A stretch of DNA of 64,000 nucleotides from Candidatus Pacebacteria bacterium RIFOXYA1_FULL_38_18 (GCA_001787405.1 MFWV01000003.1:64790-128789); one strand, 5' to 3'. Positions 18,700-28,630 are shown, counted from the stretch's first letter. Numbers and translations are program-made. Notes: generated from the sequence alone by a model not told the origin.

Positions 18700-21600
18700 T
18701 CAAGGGGTTGTTTGCATTTGGATTTCTTTTTCTGGAGCAATTGTCCTTTTTAGATACTTTTGATCTCTTTTTTGAAAAGCGGGAAGCGTTCCCTCAAGAA
18801 CATCTAGTATTTTTTTGTTCGTAGCAGGGTTTTCTATGCTACCAGAGGTGTATCTGATTTCATAAGTGTGCTTGTCCATCTCAGAGCTAATTATTTGTTC
18901 GGCGTCGCAGACAACGGCAAGATTAGGGTTATGGGTTACTATGATGATCTGTCGTTCTTTTTTGGCTTGTTTTATGTAAGGGACTAGGAGGGTATAGACA
19001 GATTCGTTATCAAGATTTTCCTCTGGTTGGTCAATTATGAGAGGAACCTTATCCTTGTCTATCAATAAGTAAAAAATTAACAGTAATGCTCCTATCTCCC
19101 CAGGAGAAAATTCATTCTCATTTAGATCTTTACCATTGAAAGTAATGTTGTATTTAACTTCAAGGTATTTTAATCCGTAGAGGTAGTTATAAAGTTCTAA
19201 TTTTTTACCATCACTTTTTATTAGCTGATCATCCAGCAGCTTGATAGGATTTCCCTTTACTGATTTATCGACTCTGAGACATTCAATGAGCTCTTTGATA
19301 AAGTTTACAACGCCATCTTTTGTTTTCAGGTCGCTATTTGCGATAGTTTCTTTTACTCTGATTAACGCCTCGGCTTTTCCTTGAAAACTGCCGTCTCTGC
19401 TTTGATCAATAAAGGATAAAAAGTCTATGGGAAAATTAAGTTTGTCAAAAACTATCCCGACATCAAAATTAAGCACACTACCTGTTTTCCTCTGTTTTTC
19501 CTCTTTATCGCTTATGACCTTGGCAAGAGGGGCGTAGATTTCTTCATAGAAGGAAATCTTTTTTAGAAGTTCATCATAAATTTGCTCAACGGTTTGATCT
19601 CTCAGTTTCTCTGACGTTTCAATATCTTTATCTAATTTCTTCTGAACATACTCTATTTCACCAGTTAGGGACTTTATTGTCGTTAGACTAGTGTCATCAT
19701 CTACACCTTCAATCAATCCTCGTTTTGTTTGATATGTCTTCAACGCTTTTTGATATTCTCGAAAGGCGTTGTTTTCTTTGTCAAGGCTATCAACGATTGT
19801 TTTTAGATCTGCCTGTATGCCTTTTTTCTTTACGACTAGGCTTGTTTTTGCGTCTCCCTCTTCTGATAATAAAATAGTTAGGCTGTCTTTTTCCAGGTTT
19901 AGGGAAGTCTTCTTCTGTGTGATAAGAGCCTCGTCTATTTTGATGGTAATAAGCTTTTGTGGATCAATACCCAAGAAGGTTAGGTCTTCTTTATAACCAG
20001 AAAGAAAATCATCAAATTGCTTTTGTAGACTGCCTAGGGCAATTTCGAGATTTTGGACCTTTGTAATGTTTTGGTTAACACCCTTTAATACCAACTGCTT
20101 TTCCCCGATGAGCTTTTCAACCTCTTCAAAGGATTTATTAAGAGCTGAGATTTTATCTTCTACATCTTTTGAGGGCTTGCTTTTAGGTTCTGTAACTTTC
20201 TTTGGTTTGACTAAATTCTTTAGCTCCCGTTGTTTTTCCTCTAACTTACGCTTGAGCGATCCAAGATAGATAGGGAGTTTTTTATTTTCTAGTTTACATA
20301 TGGAACCGTTTTGTTCCGACACTTTCTGTTTCAAGGTTTCAACATTTCTATCAATTAGACCTGTTTTTAGCCTAATTAGGTCTTTTAAATTACTAGTGCT
20401 ATTTCGATTTTCCTCGGGAACATATGAGAAGATTACTTTGTCAATTTCCTGCTGAAAAAGCTGATTAACACCACTGCCATCGCAGATCGCCTCAACGAAC
20501 TTTTGAGGGAGATACTTCACCTGCTCGGGTTCTGTGAGATTCACTTGATCATCAAGATTTGACTTTACGGAGATCCCATCCTCCCAAGTGAGTATTGCTT
20601 CATATTGTTTTGCCAGACCTTTTTTCCTGAATTTATCATCTCTCAAAAAAGAGTAAGTATTTGAGTCAGCATGGCTTTTTCCTGCCAATGCCATAGAATC
20701 TGCTTGTGCGCTTTTACCGCTCCCTTTCTTGCCAATAATTGCCACTAAACCAGGATTGATAGGAATTTCGTTATCAAACCAAGGATTCTTTTGAGTGCTG
20801 TCTACTGGTTTCAAAGATATAGCGTTAATGTAATGAGACTTATTACTTTCGATGTCGAGTAACTTGGGTGGCATTTTACCAATGAAGATTCTATCTTCTG
20901 GTTCATTTACAACTTGTCTTAATCCCTCAAAAGTTGGGTCAGCTTTTATCCAGCAGCATCTTTCGCATGGTTGTGACTTTTCATCTCGGATTGCCCCAAT
21001 TGGATATGTGTGTTCATGAGAGTCGCTACCTTTAAGGCATGGCTTTTTGTCTTTGAACCACTCTTCAAATTTTTCCTCTTTAACCTTGTCATCTTTCCAA
21101 AGGAAGAAATCTATTTGTTTTTGATTCGATGACCCGATAAAGTGCGAATCGTTTATAAGTCCTTGCTTGAACCATTGATCATTTACTGGATCGATATTGT
21201 CAATACCGCCATACTCGTCATATGGCATCCAAATCAGGTATTTCCCTCTGAAGGTTGGGTTTGCCTCAAGTAACTCCTTTGTTCTACCAAAATCAACAGC
21301 TACATTCTCGTATAAAAACTTGCTGTCAGAATATTTACTGGAGATTTGACTTCCATTAACGATAAGTGATTTTAGGAAATTCTCTATATCTAAGATATCT
21401 ATTTCATTGCTAAAAACGATATGAAAATTTATTCGCTGACCATTTTTAGAGTTTTTGTTGAGTAGGGCGTTGGTCATCCTAAATTCAACCACTGGCAGAA
21501 CAACTTTGTTTGAGTTGGGTGCTTTGGTTGTAAACTGCTTATAGCCCTCTACAGAACAGTAATCATTGATACCCACAACATCACAATCAGATTTTTCAAT

Positions 21601-21711
21601 TTGATCAACAAATTGGTCATATGTGCCCTTGTAACTAAACGATGCAGGGCTGTGGACATGCAAGTCCCACTTGCGCCATATTGAACCTTTTGGGTCATTC
21701 GTAATTTTCAT
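18700..21711 (-). CDS. Fusion protein: N-terminal PHP-family phosphoesterase domain plus coiled-coil ABC/SMC-type (AAA_15/AAA_21-like) ATPase
   Basis: PHP motifs WDLHVHSP (aa 15-21) and GSDSHEH (aa 228-234); Walker A IIGKKGSGKS (aa 325-334, coordinates about 20710-20740); long K/E/L-rich coiled-coil; C-terminal ABC signature-like FSPGE, Walker B/D-loop LIIDQPEENLD (about 19009-19038) and H-loop IIIVTHNPNL. Confidence 0.7.
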   Translation of the reverse strand: MKITNDPKGSIWRKWDLHVHSPASFSYKGTYDQFVDQIEKSDCDVVGINDYCSVEGYKQFTTKAPNSNKVVLPVVEFRMTNALLNKNSKNGQRINFHIVFSNEIDILDIENFLKSLIVNGSQISSKYSDSKFLYENVAVDFGRTKELLEANPTFRGKYLIWMPYDEYGGIDNIDPVNDQWFKQGLINDSHFIGSSNQKQIDFFLWKDDKVKEEKFEEWFKDKKPCLKGSDSHEHTYPIGAIRDEKSQPCERCCWIKADPTFEGLRQVVNEPEDRIFIGKMPPKLLDIESNKSHYINAISLKPVDSTQKNPWFDNEIPINPGLVAIIGKKGSGKSAQADSMALAGKSHADSNTYSFLRDDKFRKKGLAKQYEAILTWEDGISVKSNLDDQVNLTEPEQVKYLPQKFVEAICDGSGVNQLFQQEIDKVIFSYVPEENRNSTSNLKDLIRLKTGLIDRNVETLKQKVSEQNGSICKLENKKLPIYLGSLKRKLEEKQRELKNLVKPKKVTEPKSKPSKDVEDKISALNKSFEEVEKLIGEKQLVLKGVNQNITKVQNLEIALGSLQKQFDDFLSGYKEDLTFLGIDPQKLITIKIDEALITQKKTSLNLEKDSLTILLSEEGDAKTSLVVKKKGIQADLKTIVDSLDKENNAFREYQKALKTYQTKRGLIEGVDDDTSLTTIKSLTGEIEYVQKKLDKDIETSEKLRDQTVEQIYDELLKKISFYEEIYAPLAKVISDKEEKQRKTGSVLNFDVGIVFDKLNFPIDFLSFIDQSRDGSFQGKAEALIRVKETIANSDLKTKDGVVNFIKELIECLRVDKSVKGNPIKLLDDQLIKSDGKKLELYNYLYGLKYLEVKYNITFNGKDLNENEFSPGEIGALLLIFYLLIDKDKVPLIIDQPEENLDNESVYTLLVPYIKQAKKERQIIIVTHNPNLAVVCDAEQIISSEMDKHTYEIRYTSGSIENPATNKKILDVLEGTLPAFQKRDQKYLKRTIAPEKEIQMQTTP

Positions 21712-21781
21712 AGTTATTGTTATTTATAAATACTGCCCTCACTTAAGGGCAGTATGGCAGAAGTTAGTCTCGAACTGCTCC

Positions 21782-24094
21782 TTATTCATCAATTTTATAA
21801 GCACTACTGATGATAGCGTCGAAACTGTTAATTCTGCTTATTGCGGTATGGGGTAGGATTTTATAGATCCACTTCTTTTTAGTTGCTCCAGAAGCAATCT
21901 TGCACCATTCTTCAGCTTGCTTGGCTTTCTCAATTACCTCTGGGTCTTTTTTGTCTAACTTGCTCTTGTCTTTTACCTCCACTAGATAATTGGCATCATC
22001 TCTTTCAACGATGAAGTCAGGGTTATAGTTGCCGTAAATATATCTAATTGGCAACTGACCAGTTCGAAGTCTTACCCAACTAATTACTGTTTTGTCTTTT
22101 TCTAAAGAGTCGGCAAGTAGCTTCTCCTGGGTTGAATCAAAAACATAAGAATTGTAGACACTCTTGTCATAGCCATCAATAATGTTTCCTCTGGCTTCTG
22201 CTTCGCTCACCTCGTCTTTATCCAATGGAACAGCGGAAGCTTTTACTACTTTCAGATAAGGTTCAAATGAAAGCTCCTCGTCAAGCACGCCAAACTTAAT
22301 CGTTGTCTGTTCTTGGAGTCGCTCCTGCAATTGAGGTAAGATATCATTCAGGATTGTCTGTTCGTGAAGCTTTACCAACTTCGACAATTCTTTATCAGTA
22401 ACCTGAAGCTGGTCAAGATAGTGCTTTACAATCTTTTGTAAAACTGCCTTGAAAGAGATGTCAAACTCGGACATTTCCATAATAATCAACCTTACGATTC
22501 GGTTGACTGGATCAATCTCTTCTTTTACTACAACCTCTCCTGCATCCTCAGTTTGTCTAGAAACAATATCGGCTTTGATTAATCTTGGCTTTATCTTCTT
22601 TAACTCCTCTAAACGCAACTTAATTGGGAAGAATTCCAATTTATTACTCGAATAAACTTTTGCTTCAACTAAAGGAACTTTAACCCAAAGTTTCTTATTA
22701 TCTGTTGGTTTAATTTCAACAGTTTTAAGTTCTTCTTTCTTCTCAGCTTTTTTAACTCCAAGCCCTTCTGCCACTTCATGGGCTACTGCCACCACTCTAG
22801 CAAAGTTATCGTGCGAGATAATGTCGAGAGAGTCCAGCTCCTCAACCCCTGTCAGTTCGCCAAATGGCAAACGCAAACCTCTCCCGATAGTTTGCTCAAT
22901 CAGAGTCTTACTGATTGAAGCCCTGAAGGGAATGATCGTATAAACATTTTTAACATCCCAACCCTCTTTTAATTTATCGACATGGATAACGATTTCATTT
23001 TTATTAACGGGATATGGTTCCTCTAGGCGGAGGAGTTGATGGATAGAATCAACCTCGCTTTCACTGGTTACCAATAGGGTTTTATCTTTGTAATAGCCAT
23101 CAAAGAAACTATCACTTTCAATAAGTGCTTTGACATCCTTAGCGTGCTGGATATTCTTTGTTGTTAAGAGGGTAATTGGTAAAACAAACGGTAATTTATT
23201 GTTTTTGCAGTATTCCTCAATAAGCACCTTTTTCTCTCGGTGTCTTCTGATCCCATCCTCAAGTTTTACCAGTTCTAGGTCACCTTTGTAGGTGTAGTCG
23301 TCACTTCTGGCAATAACATAGGGAATCTTGATGTAACCACCCTTGGCGCCATTACCAGCCACCAAGCTCTCCAAAGCCCGCTTAGAATCGTTTATGGCGT
23401 CTCCTAGGGTGTAGGAATAGACAATGTTGTCACTTATTGGGGTAGCTGTGAACTCCAGTCCCAATTCTGGTTTGAGATGGTTAATAGCCCTAATCGACTT
23501 AACTCCTCGATATCGATGACTTTCGTCCATTAAGATAACCAGATCCTTTTGTTGCAGAAGTTCTGCAAAGCTCGATCCTAATGTCTCTTGATAACGATGG
23601 AACTTAAATTCAACATCGGTTCTCTCGTTAAAGATCTTCTGGATGTTGAAAACATAAATGTTGACTGCCTCAAAAAGTTGATTACCGAAGTTAGCGTAAC
23701 TATAGTTTTCTCCAGTAATCAGGTTAAACAAGGGGAAATCAGTTAATCCATCTAGGACATACTTTTTACTCGAAGGAGTAAAGTTATCGATTGTTTTGGT
23801 ATAAATCGTTTCTCCTGGAGTCAGGATGAAAAAGTCCTTTAGCCCTTTGGTGTAATAGAGGTATGCGATCATACCCGCCATCAGTCTGGTCTTACCAACG
23901 CCTGTAGCCAGGGCAAAAGTAAAGGAGGGGAAGTCAGTGTCAAACTTTACATTACCAACCAATCTCGCTTCAATGTCCTCTAATTTATCTCTACCCAACT
24001 TAACCCCTGAAAGGATGGCATCCAATTTAACGAGTGAAAGCTGTTGTGGCTTTCTTAAGCTTAGTTCTTTTGTGATTTTATCTATTGTGTTCAT
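21782..24094 (-). CDS. res: Type III restriction enzyme, Res subunit (SF2 helicase plus PD-(D/E)xK nuclease)
   Basis: Walker A ATGVGKTRLMAG, DEAH-like ILMDESHRY, motif VI QTIGRGLRL, C-terminal PDFIVER...LVEVKDK nuclease motif; 4-nt overlap with Mod. Confidence 0.8.
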   Translation of the reverse strand: MNTIDKITKELSLRKPQQLSLVKLDAILSGVKLGRDKLEDIEARLVGNVKFDTDFPSFTFALATGVGKTRLMAGMIAYLYYTKGLKDFFILTPGETIYTKTIDNFTPSSKKYVLDGLTDFPLFNLITGENYSYANFGNQLFEAVNIYVFNIQKIFNERTDVEFKFHRYQETLGSSFAELLQQKDLVILMDESHRYRGVKSIRAINHLKPELGLEFTATPISDNIVYSYTLGDAINDSKRALESLVAGNGAKGGYIKIPYVIARSDDYTYKGDLELVKLEDGIRRHREKKVLIEEYCKNNKLPFVLPITLLTTKNIQHAKDVKALIESDSFFDGYYKDKTLLVTSESEVDSIHQLLRLEEPYPVNKNEIVIHVDKLKEGWDVKNVYTIIPFRASISKTLIEQTIGRGLRLPFGELTGVEELDSLDIISHDNFARVVAVAHEVAEGLGVKKAEKKEELKTVEIKPTDNKKLWVKVPLVEAKVYSSNKLEFFPIKLRLEELKKIKPRLIKADIVSRQTEDAGEVVVKEEIDPVNRIVRLIIMEMSEFDISFKAVLQKIVKHYLDQLQVTDKELSKLVKLHEQTILNDILPQLQERLQEQTTIKFGVLDEELSFEPYLKVVKASAVPLDKDEVSEAEARGNIIDGYDKSVYNSYVFDSTQEKLLADSLEKDKTVISWVRLRTGQLPIRYIYGNYNPDFIVERDDANYLVEVKDKSKLDKKDPEVIEKAKQAEEWCKIASGATKKKWIYKILPHTAISRINSFDAIISSAYKIDE

Positions 24095-25647
24095 ACTTTG
24101 AATTTCCTTAATAAAACATCGGGAATTTTTCTAACTTCGACATTATCAGGTAATTTTATTTTACTTGATATGGTCTTAGCATAGATAATAAGAAAATCGG
24201 CTGCATCGCCAATTTCCCGAAGGACTGCCTCTACATACTCCTGATTAAGATACTGCTCGGTGACATGAGCGATAGTTCTGCCTGAGATACCGTGGAGACC
24301 ATTGTCTGGGTGAAGAAGTCTAAATCCTTCTACCTTTAGGACTGCTCGAATAAGCGCACCGTTATAAACCTTTGGGTTGAGCACTGTTAACCTTAAATCG
24401 TCATCTTCTACAAATAAGCTATCTCCAAGCTCAAAATACTTAAATCCACCTCCACCACTCCAATCATATAATCTACTTATTCCTTCTTGGTCTTTGCCTG
24501 ATACCGCTACCTTTAGTCTTGGTATTATGTGGGTTTTAGCATGGTTACCCAATTCCACCATAATCCATTTACGATTTCGCTTATGAGCCACGGCACCTGT
24601 TGTGCCTGACCCTGCAAAAGAGTCTAAAACCCAATCACCCTCTTTAGAGGCTAGATCGATAATCCTATTAATAAGTCTTTCTGGTTTTGGAGTTGTAAAT
24701 TCGTCTTCCATATTAAAAGCCCTTATTTCTCTTTTAGCCTCCTGATTGTCTCCAACCTCTGTTCTAAACCATATCGTTTTTGCTACAGATCCTTGTTTGA
24801 CCTCAGTAAGAAAAATCTTTAAGGATGGTTTGTTCTCACCCTTTTTCCCAAACCAGATTCGATTATCTTTAATCATCTCGTTCAGTTTTTCTTTTCCATA
24901 AACCCAATGTCTGTTATTGCTTGGTAGAAACTTTTTGCCTGCAGGACTTGTGATTTCATACTGTCCGTAGGGGAAGGGGTCTTTTGCAGTCAAATCTGCA
25001 TTTTTCCAAACACCTCTTGGATCATTATCTGGATTTTTATATCGGGCGTTCATTTCTTCTGTTCTTGACAATAGGTTAGGTCTCCAGATGTCTTTATTTT
25101 TGGCGTAAGCAAGAATATGATCGTGACTATCTGATAGCCATTTTGCATCGTTTTGTGGCGAGTATTTTTTCTCCCAAATTACATTTGAAATAAAGTTTTT
25201 TCTACCAAAGACTTCATCACATAAAACTTTCAAGTAATGACACTCATCATCGTCAATTGAAATCCAAATACTCCCATCTTTGCTTAGTAGTTTGTAGAGC
25301 GCTTCTAGTCTCGTTTTCATCAATCCTAGCCAAAGAGAATGCTCCATGCCGTCATCGTAATGCGAGAAAGCATTACCAGTGTTATAGGGAGGATCAATAT
25401 AAATCAGTTTTATTTTGTTTCTAAAATCTTGAAGAAGCGATTGAAGGGCAAGCAGATTATCACCCTTGATAAGCATATTCTCTGTATCTTTGTCCCCAAA
25501 AGTCTCTTTCTGGAGTGAAATTCTCGGCTCTGTTACTCTGGGGTCTTTCTTATCCACCCATTCATAATTACCCGTATCGACATCGTAATAAAGGCTCTTA
25601 CTCTTATTTGCCCAGTTTAATTCTAATTTATTGTCATTTTTAGTCAT
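24091..25647 (-). CDS. mod: Type III restriction-modification DNA methyltransferase, Mod subunit (N6-adenine/N4-cytosine, beta class)
   Basis: Motif IV IYIDPPYN precedes motif I FAGSGTTG (beta-class order); lies directly upstream of and overlapping Res. Confidence 0.8.
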   Translation of the reverse strand: MTKNDNKLELNWANKSKSLYYDVDTGNYEWVDKKDPRVTEPRISLQKETFGDKDTENMLIKGDNLLALQSLLQDFRNKIKLIYIDPPYNTGNAFSHYDDGMEHSLWLGLMKTRLEALYKLLSKDGSIWISIDDDECHYLKVLCDEVFGRKNFISNVIWEKKYSPQNDAKWLSDSHDHILAYAKNKDIWRPNLLSRTEEMNARYKNPDNDPRGVWKNADLTAKDPFPYGQYEITSPAGKKFLPSNNRHWVYGKEKLNEMIKDNRIWFGKKGENKPSLKIFLTEVKQGSVAKTIWFRTEVGDNQEAKREIRAFNMEDEFTTPKPERLINRIIDLASKEGDWVLDSFAGSGTTGAVAHKRNRKWIMVELGNHAKTHIIPRLKVAVSGKDQEGISRLYDWSGGGGFKYFELGDSLFVEDDDLRLTVLNPKVYNGALIRAVLKVEGFRLLHPDNGLHGISGRTIAHVTEQYLNQEYVEAVLREIGDAADFLIIYAKTISSKIKLPDNVEVRKIPDVLLRKFKV

Positions 25648-25649
25648 AT

Positions 25650-25841
25650 TTATTTTTTCTTGTTCTTCAAAATAACCTCAAGGTCTTTAGGATCGTAACG
25701 CCTGTCTCCACGCTCATTTACTATGATAGCCTTTAACTTACCACTTTTGTCCCATCTCCTTAATGTTTCGACATGGACATTGATAATTTCGGCTGCCTGT
25801 CGAATTGTCAATAGTTTTGGTAATTTATTGTTTTTATCCAT
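25650..25841 (-). CDS. Small HTH DNA-binding protein (excisionase/MerR-like; candidate controller or recombination directionality factor)
   Basis: 63 aa; LLTIRQAAEIINVHVETLRRWDKSGKL is an excisionase-type HTH; 2-nt gaps to both neighbours. Confidence 0.55.
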   Translation of the reverse strand: MDKNNKLPKLLTIRQAAEIINVHVETLRRWDKSGKLKAIIVNERGDRRYDPKDLEVILKNKKK

Positions 25842-25843
25842 AG

Positions 25844-27652
25844 TTAGTGTTGGCTATTCAGCCTATTTGCAAGCATCTCTTGCTCATCATATAACGGCTT
25901 ATCTTGATCAATCATCCTCTGTTCAGCGGCACTTAACCATTGGTTAGACTCCATTTTAGACGCAATAGCTGAAATGTTAGCAATTCTTATTGAAATTATC
26001 TCGTTGATTCTATCGACATCGCCTTTGTTCTTCTGGTAAAAGTTAGCGTTATTTTTAAGATCCGCCCAACTTGGTTGAATTTCTCTTAGCTTTGATAGGC
26101 TGGTTTTCCAAGACTCTGTATCCTCTTTCTTGTAGTTAGGGGGGATGTAGCCAGCTGCATGAACAACAATAAGCTGTGTGGGGCATCCATTCAAACTTCC
26201 TTGGACTTCTCCAATACCAATATCATCAAACTTTTTATCAGACCATGTATTTTTAGCATCTGTAGAATCTCTTTCGAGATAGTCCTCAATCAACTCATCA
26301 GCGGTGTAGTAACCTTCTAGCGACCATTCCCAAACATAACTATTCCAATAACCAGCCTTTGACATTGCGCTTGAAACTACATCAAAAGAAGCCTCTTGTT
26401 GAATAGTATTGTTCTTTAAAAGATATTCGCCTCGTATTTTGGCTGATACATCAAGTTTCGGTTCGTATTTTACTGGTGTTGCTCCATTTTCCTTGCGTTT
26501 TTCATTAAGCAATTCAACAAACCTATTTCTGTCAATTATTGGCTTTACTGTATCTGACAAGTCATTCGTTGCATCATGCCAATTTTTATCAAGTTTGCCC
26601 TTCTGTTTTTCCAGGGGTAAAACAAGACGGATATCTTTAATGGAAGCAAAACCGATCTCTCTTGAATCGGAACTGCCTTTTCTATTGTCTCCCATAGCAA
26701 AGACCGCATCTTGTGGAACCGTAATCACCTGGCACTCTTTAAGAAACTTCTCGCCGAATGTCGAGCGTGGTTTGGCAATATAAGGTTCTTTTTGTGGTTC
26801 TCCATTGAGATAGACAATACCATCCCTAAGTTCTATTGTGTCTCCTGGTAAGCCAATAATTCTTTTTAATAAACCTGCAGGATTACCACCATCTCTGCTC
26901 GTTAGCTCTCTTGTAGTATCATTTTCCCAGGTAAGAATGTCGCCTCTACCTAGTGTGTGTCCTAAAAATCTTCTTCCATTTATCACAATTCCGTTTGGGT
27001 AAGGTAAAAAGCCCGCCGTTGATATAATCTCTTTTGCCAATTCCTTGTTGCTTTTGCCTTTTGTGCCTTTCTCCCAAGTCGGATACATTGAGCCTGTCCC
27101 CACAATATTTATGTCTTCAGTGATATACCCCAGCTGACTAGCAGCTAAAGCTCCAACCGTTACATATCCACCAATCCAAATAGGCAAGATAATAACTCCA
27201 ACCGCTATAAGCGTAGTGACCCTGACTAATATTGGTTTGAGACGAAATGATTTAAATAAGCTCTTGATGCCGTCATGTTTTAGTCTTTTGACAAACTCAA
27301 GTGGTTTGAGGATATAAATAAACAAATACAAGGGCAGGATAGCGAGGATGAAGAACAGTTTAATGAGAAAAATAAAGATATTTTGTCTCTTATGAGACCT
27401 CTTAGCTATTAGTTGTGCTGTAAAGCTAGTTATTCCAATCAAGAAAGCGAAACTTCCTAGAAGGACGAGACCAAGAAGCGAGAAAGCAAAAACATCGGGT
27501 GCTTTGTCGAACATCTCTTTTCTTATGCCAACGACATACCCCATGATGGAGAAGACGCCAACAATACATCCTACCCAGACTATGGCTGATACTTTAATAA
27601 TCCAGTTAAGGACTTTTTCTTTGTTTAGTTTTAACGACATTTTTCTCCGCAT
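25844..27652 (-). CDS. Signal peptidase I (S26)-like protein fused to an N-terminal polytopic membrane domain and a C-terminal extra domain
   Basis: About 6 N-terminal TM helices; S26 boxes GTGSMYPT (Ser nucleophile), LPGDTIELRDGIVYLNGEP and GDNRKGSSDSR; C-terminal 270 aa of unknown function. Confidence 0.65.
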   Translation of the reverse strand: MRRKMSLKLNKEKVLNWIIKVSAIVWVGCIVGVFSIMGYVVGIRKEMFDKAPDVFAFSLLGLVLLGSFAFLIGITSFTAQLIAKRSHKRQNIFIFLIKLFFILAILPLYLFIYILKPLEFVKRLKHDGIKSLFKSFRLKPILVRVTTLIAVGVIILPIWIGGYVTVGALAASQLGYITEDINIVGTGSMYPTWEKGTKGKSNKELAKEIISTAGFLPYPNGIVINGRRFLGHTLGRGDILTWENDTTRELTSRDGGNPAGLLKRIIGLPGDTIELRDGIVYLNGEPQKEPYIAKPRSTFGEKFLKECQVITVPQDAVFAMGDNRKGSSDSREIGFASIKDIRLVLPLEKQKGKLDKNWHDATNDLSDTVKPIIDRNRFVELLNEKRKENGATPVKYEPKLDVSAKIRGEYLLKNNTIQQEASFDVVSSAMSKAGYWNSYVWEWSLEGYYTADELIEDYLERDSTDAKNTWSDKKFDDIGIGEVQGSLNGCPTQLIVVHAAGYIPPNYKKEDTESWKTSLSKLREIQPSWADLKNNANFYQKNKGDVDRINEIISIRIANISAIASKMESNQWLSAAEQRMIDQDKPLYDEQEMLANRLNSQH

Positions 27653-27703
27653 ACCTCAACTTAATTATACAAAAATAAAAGGAAAAAAGGTATACTTGAA
27701 ACG

Positions 27704-28630
27704 ATGAAAAAACCCATAGCCTCATGGCGATATTTATTCAAATTACCAGTCAATATCTTTAATAATGAAATGGTTGGCTATGAAATTAACCCCCTGCCAT
27801 ATTCCGATCAGGGTAAGGTAGTAATCTTTGCTGGTAAAAGTGACCAAACGGAGGACCAGGGCATCGTTTATATTTACCTTGAGCTTCTAAAGGAGTTGAG
27901 TCAGGGCAATAACTTTGCTAATTTACAGCGATTACTGAATTTAATTTATATGGAAACTGGTTTGCCTACGCATCCATTTCCTGTGCAGATTGATGAAGGT
28001 GAAACTGCCGATCAAGTAATTTCAAGGTTTATGTCAAAAACCTTTTATTATCCAGACAGAAGTTACAGTGGAACAGCTTCGCAGCCAAACCATATTGCCA
28101 GGGTTCAATCGTGTGTGAGTCTTATAAGCAGACTAAATAAAAAGAATTTTAATAAGTTTGACAATGCCTTGAATACCTATGTTTGGGCTTTAGAGTTGAT
28201 GGAATTACCAAATCCCCACCTGAAATATACTCTTTATATGACGCTATTTTTGTCTTCAATTGAACAACTGGTTGATATACCTGCTACCTGTAAACATAAA
28301 CCTTTCCCTGTTTGTGAAGGTTGCGGGAAGGAGTTTGCCAATCACCATCCAAAAGGAAAAGGAGTCAGACAGGCTTTTGAGGATTTTATTCGAGAAATGT
28401 TGACTGGAAGCGGAGTAGATGATGCAGTTGAAAGAGTTAACCGTTTACACCAAAAGTTAAGATCGTCATTCTTACACAGCGGCACGCTTTCTGGCGCAGA
28501 GAAAGTTGGTGGCTTCTTAACTGATGGCACGAACGACACCACTCTAATCGTGGAAGATATGATGAACACCTTGATTTTGAACAGACAGTTATTAGAACAG
28601 TTCTTGCTAAAAAGGCAAATTAAACTATGA
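27704..28630 (+). CDS. Hypothetical protein with Cys-rich zinc-ribbon-like motif
   Basis: [16 protein letters not shown]; 4-nt overlap with the downstream gene. Confidence 0.4.
   Translation: MKKPIASWRYLFKLPVNIFNNEMVGYEINPLPYSDQGKVVIFAGKSDQTEDQGIVYIYLELLKELSQGNNFANLQRLLNLIYMETGLPTHPFPVQIDEGETADQVISRFMSKTFYYPDRSYSGTASQPNHIARVQSCVSLISRLNKKNFNKFDNALNTYVWALELMELPNPHLKYTLYMTLFLSSIEQLVDIPATCKHKPFPVCEGCGKEFANHHPKGKGVRQAFEDFIREMLTGSGVDDAVERVNRLHQKLRSSFLHSGTLSGAEKVGGFLTDGTNDTTLIVEDMMNTLILNRQLLEQFLLKRQIKL

Noticed and set aside
19769-20269. Short + strand ORFs inside the PHP-ATPase gene
   Set aside because: Antisense to a 3-kb ORF with coherent motifs along its whole length.
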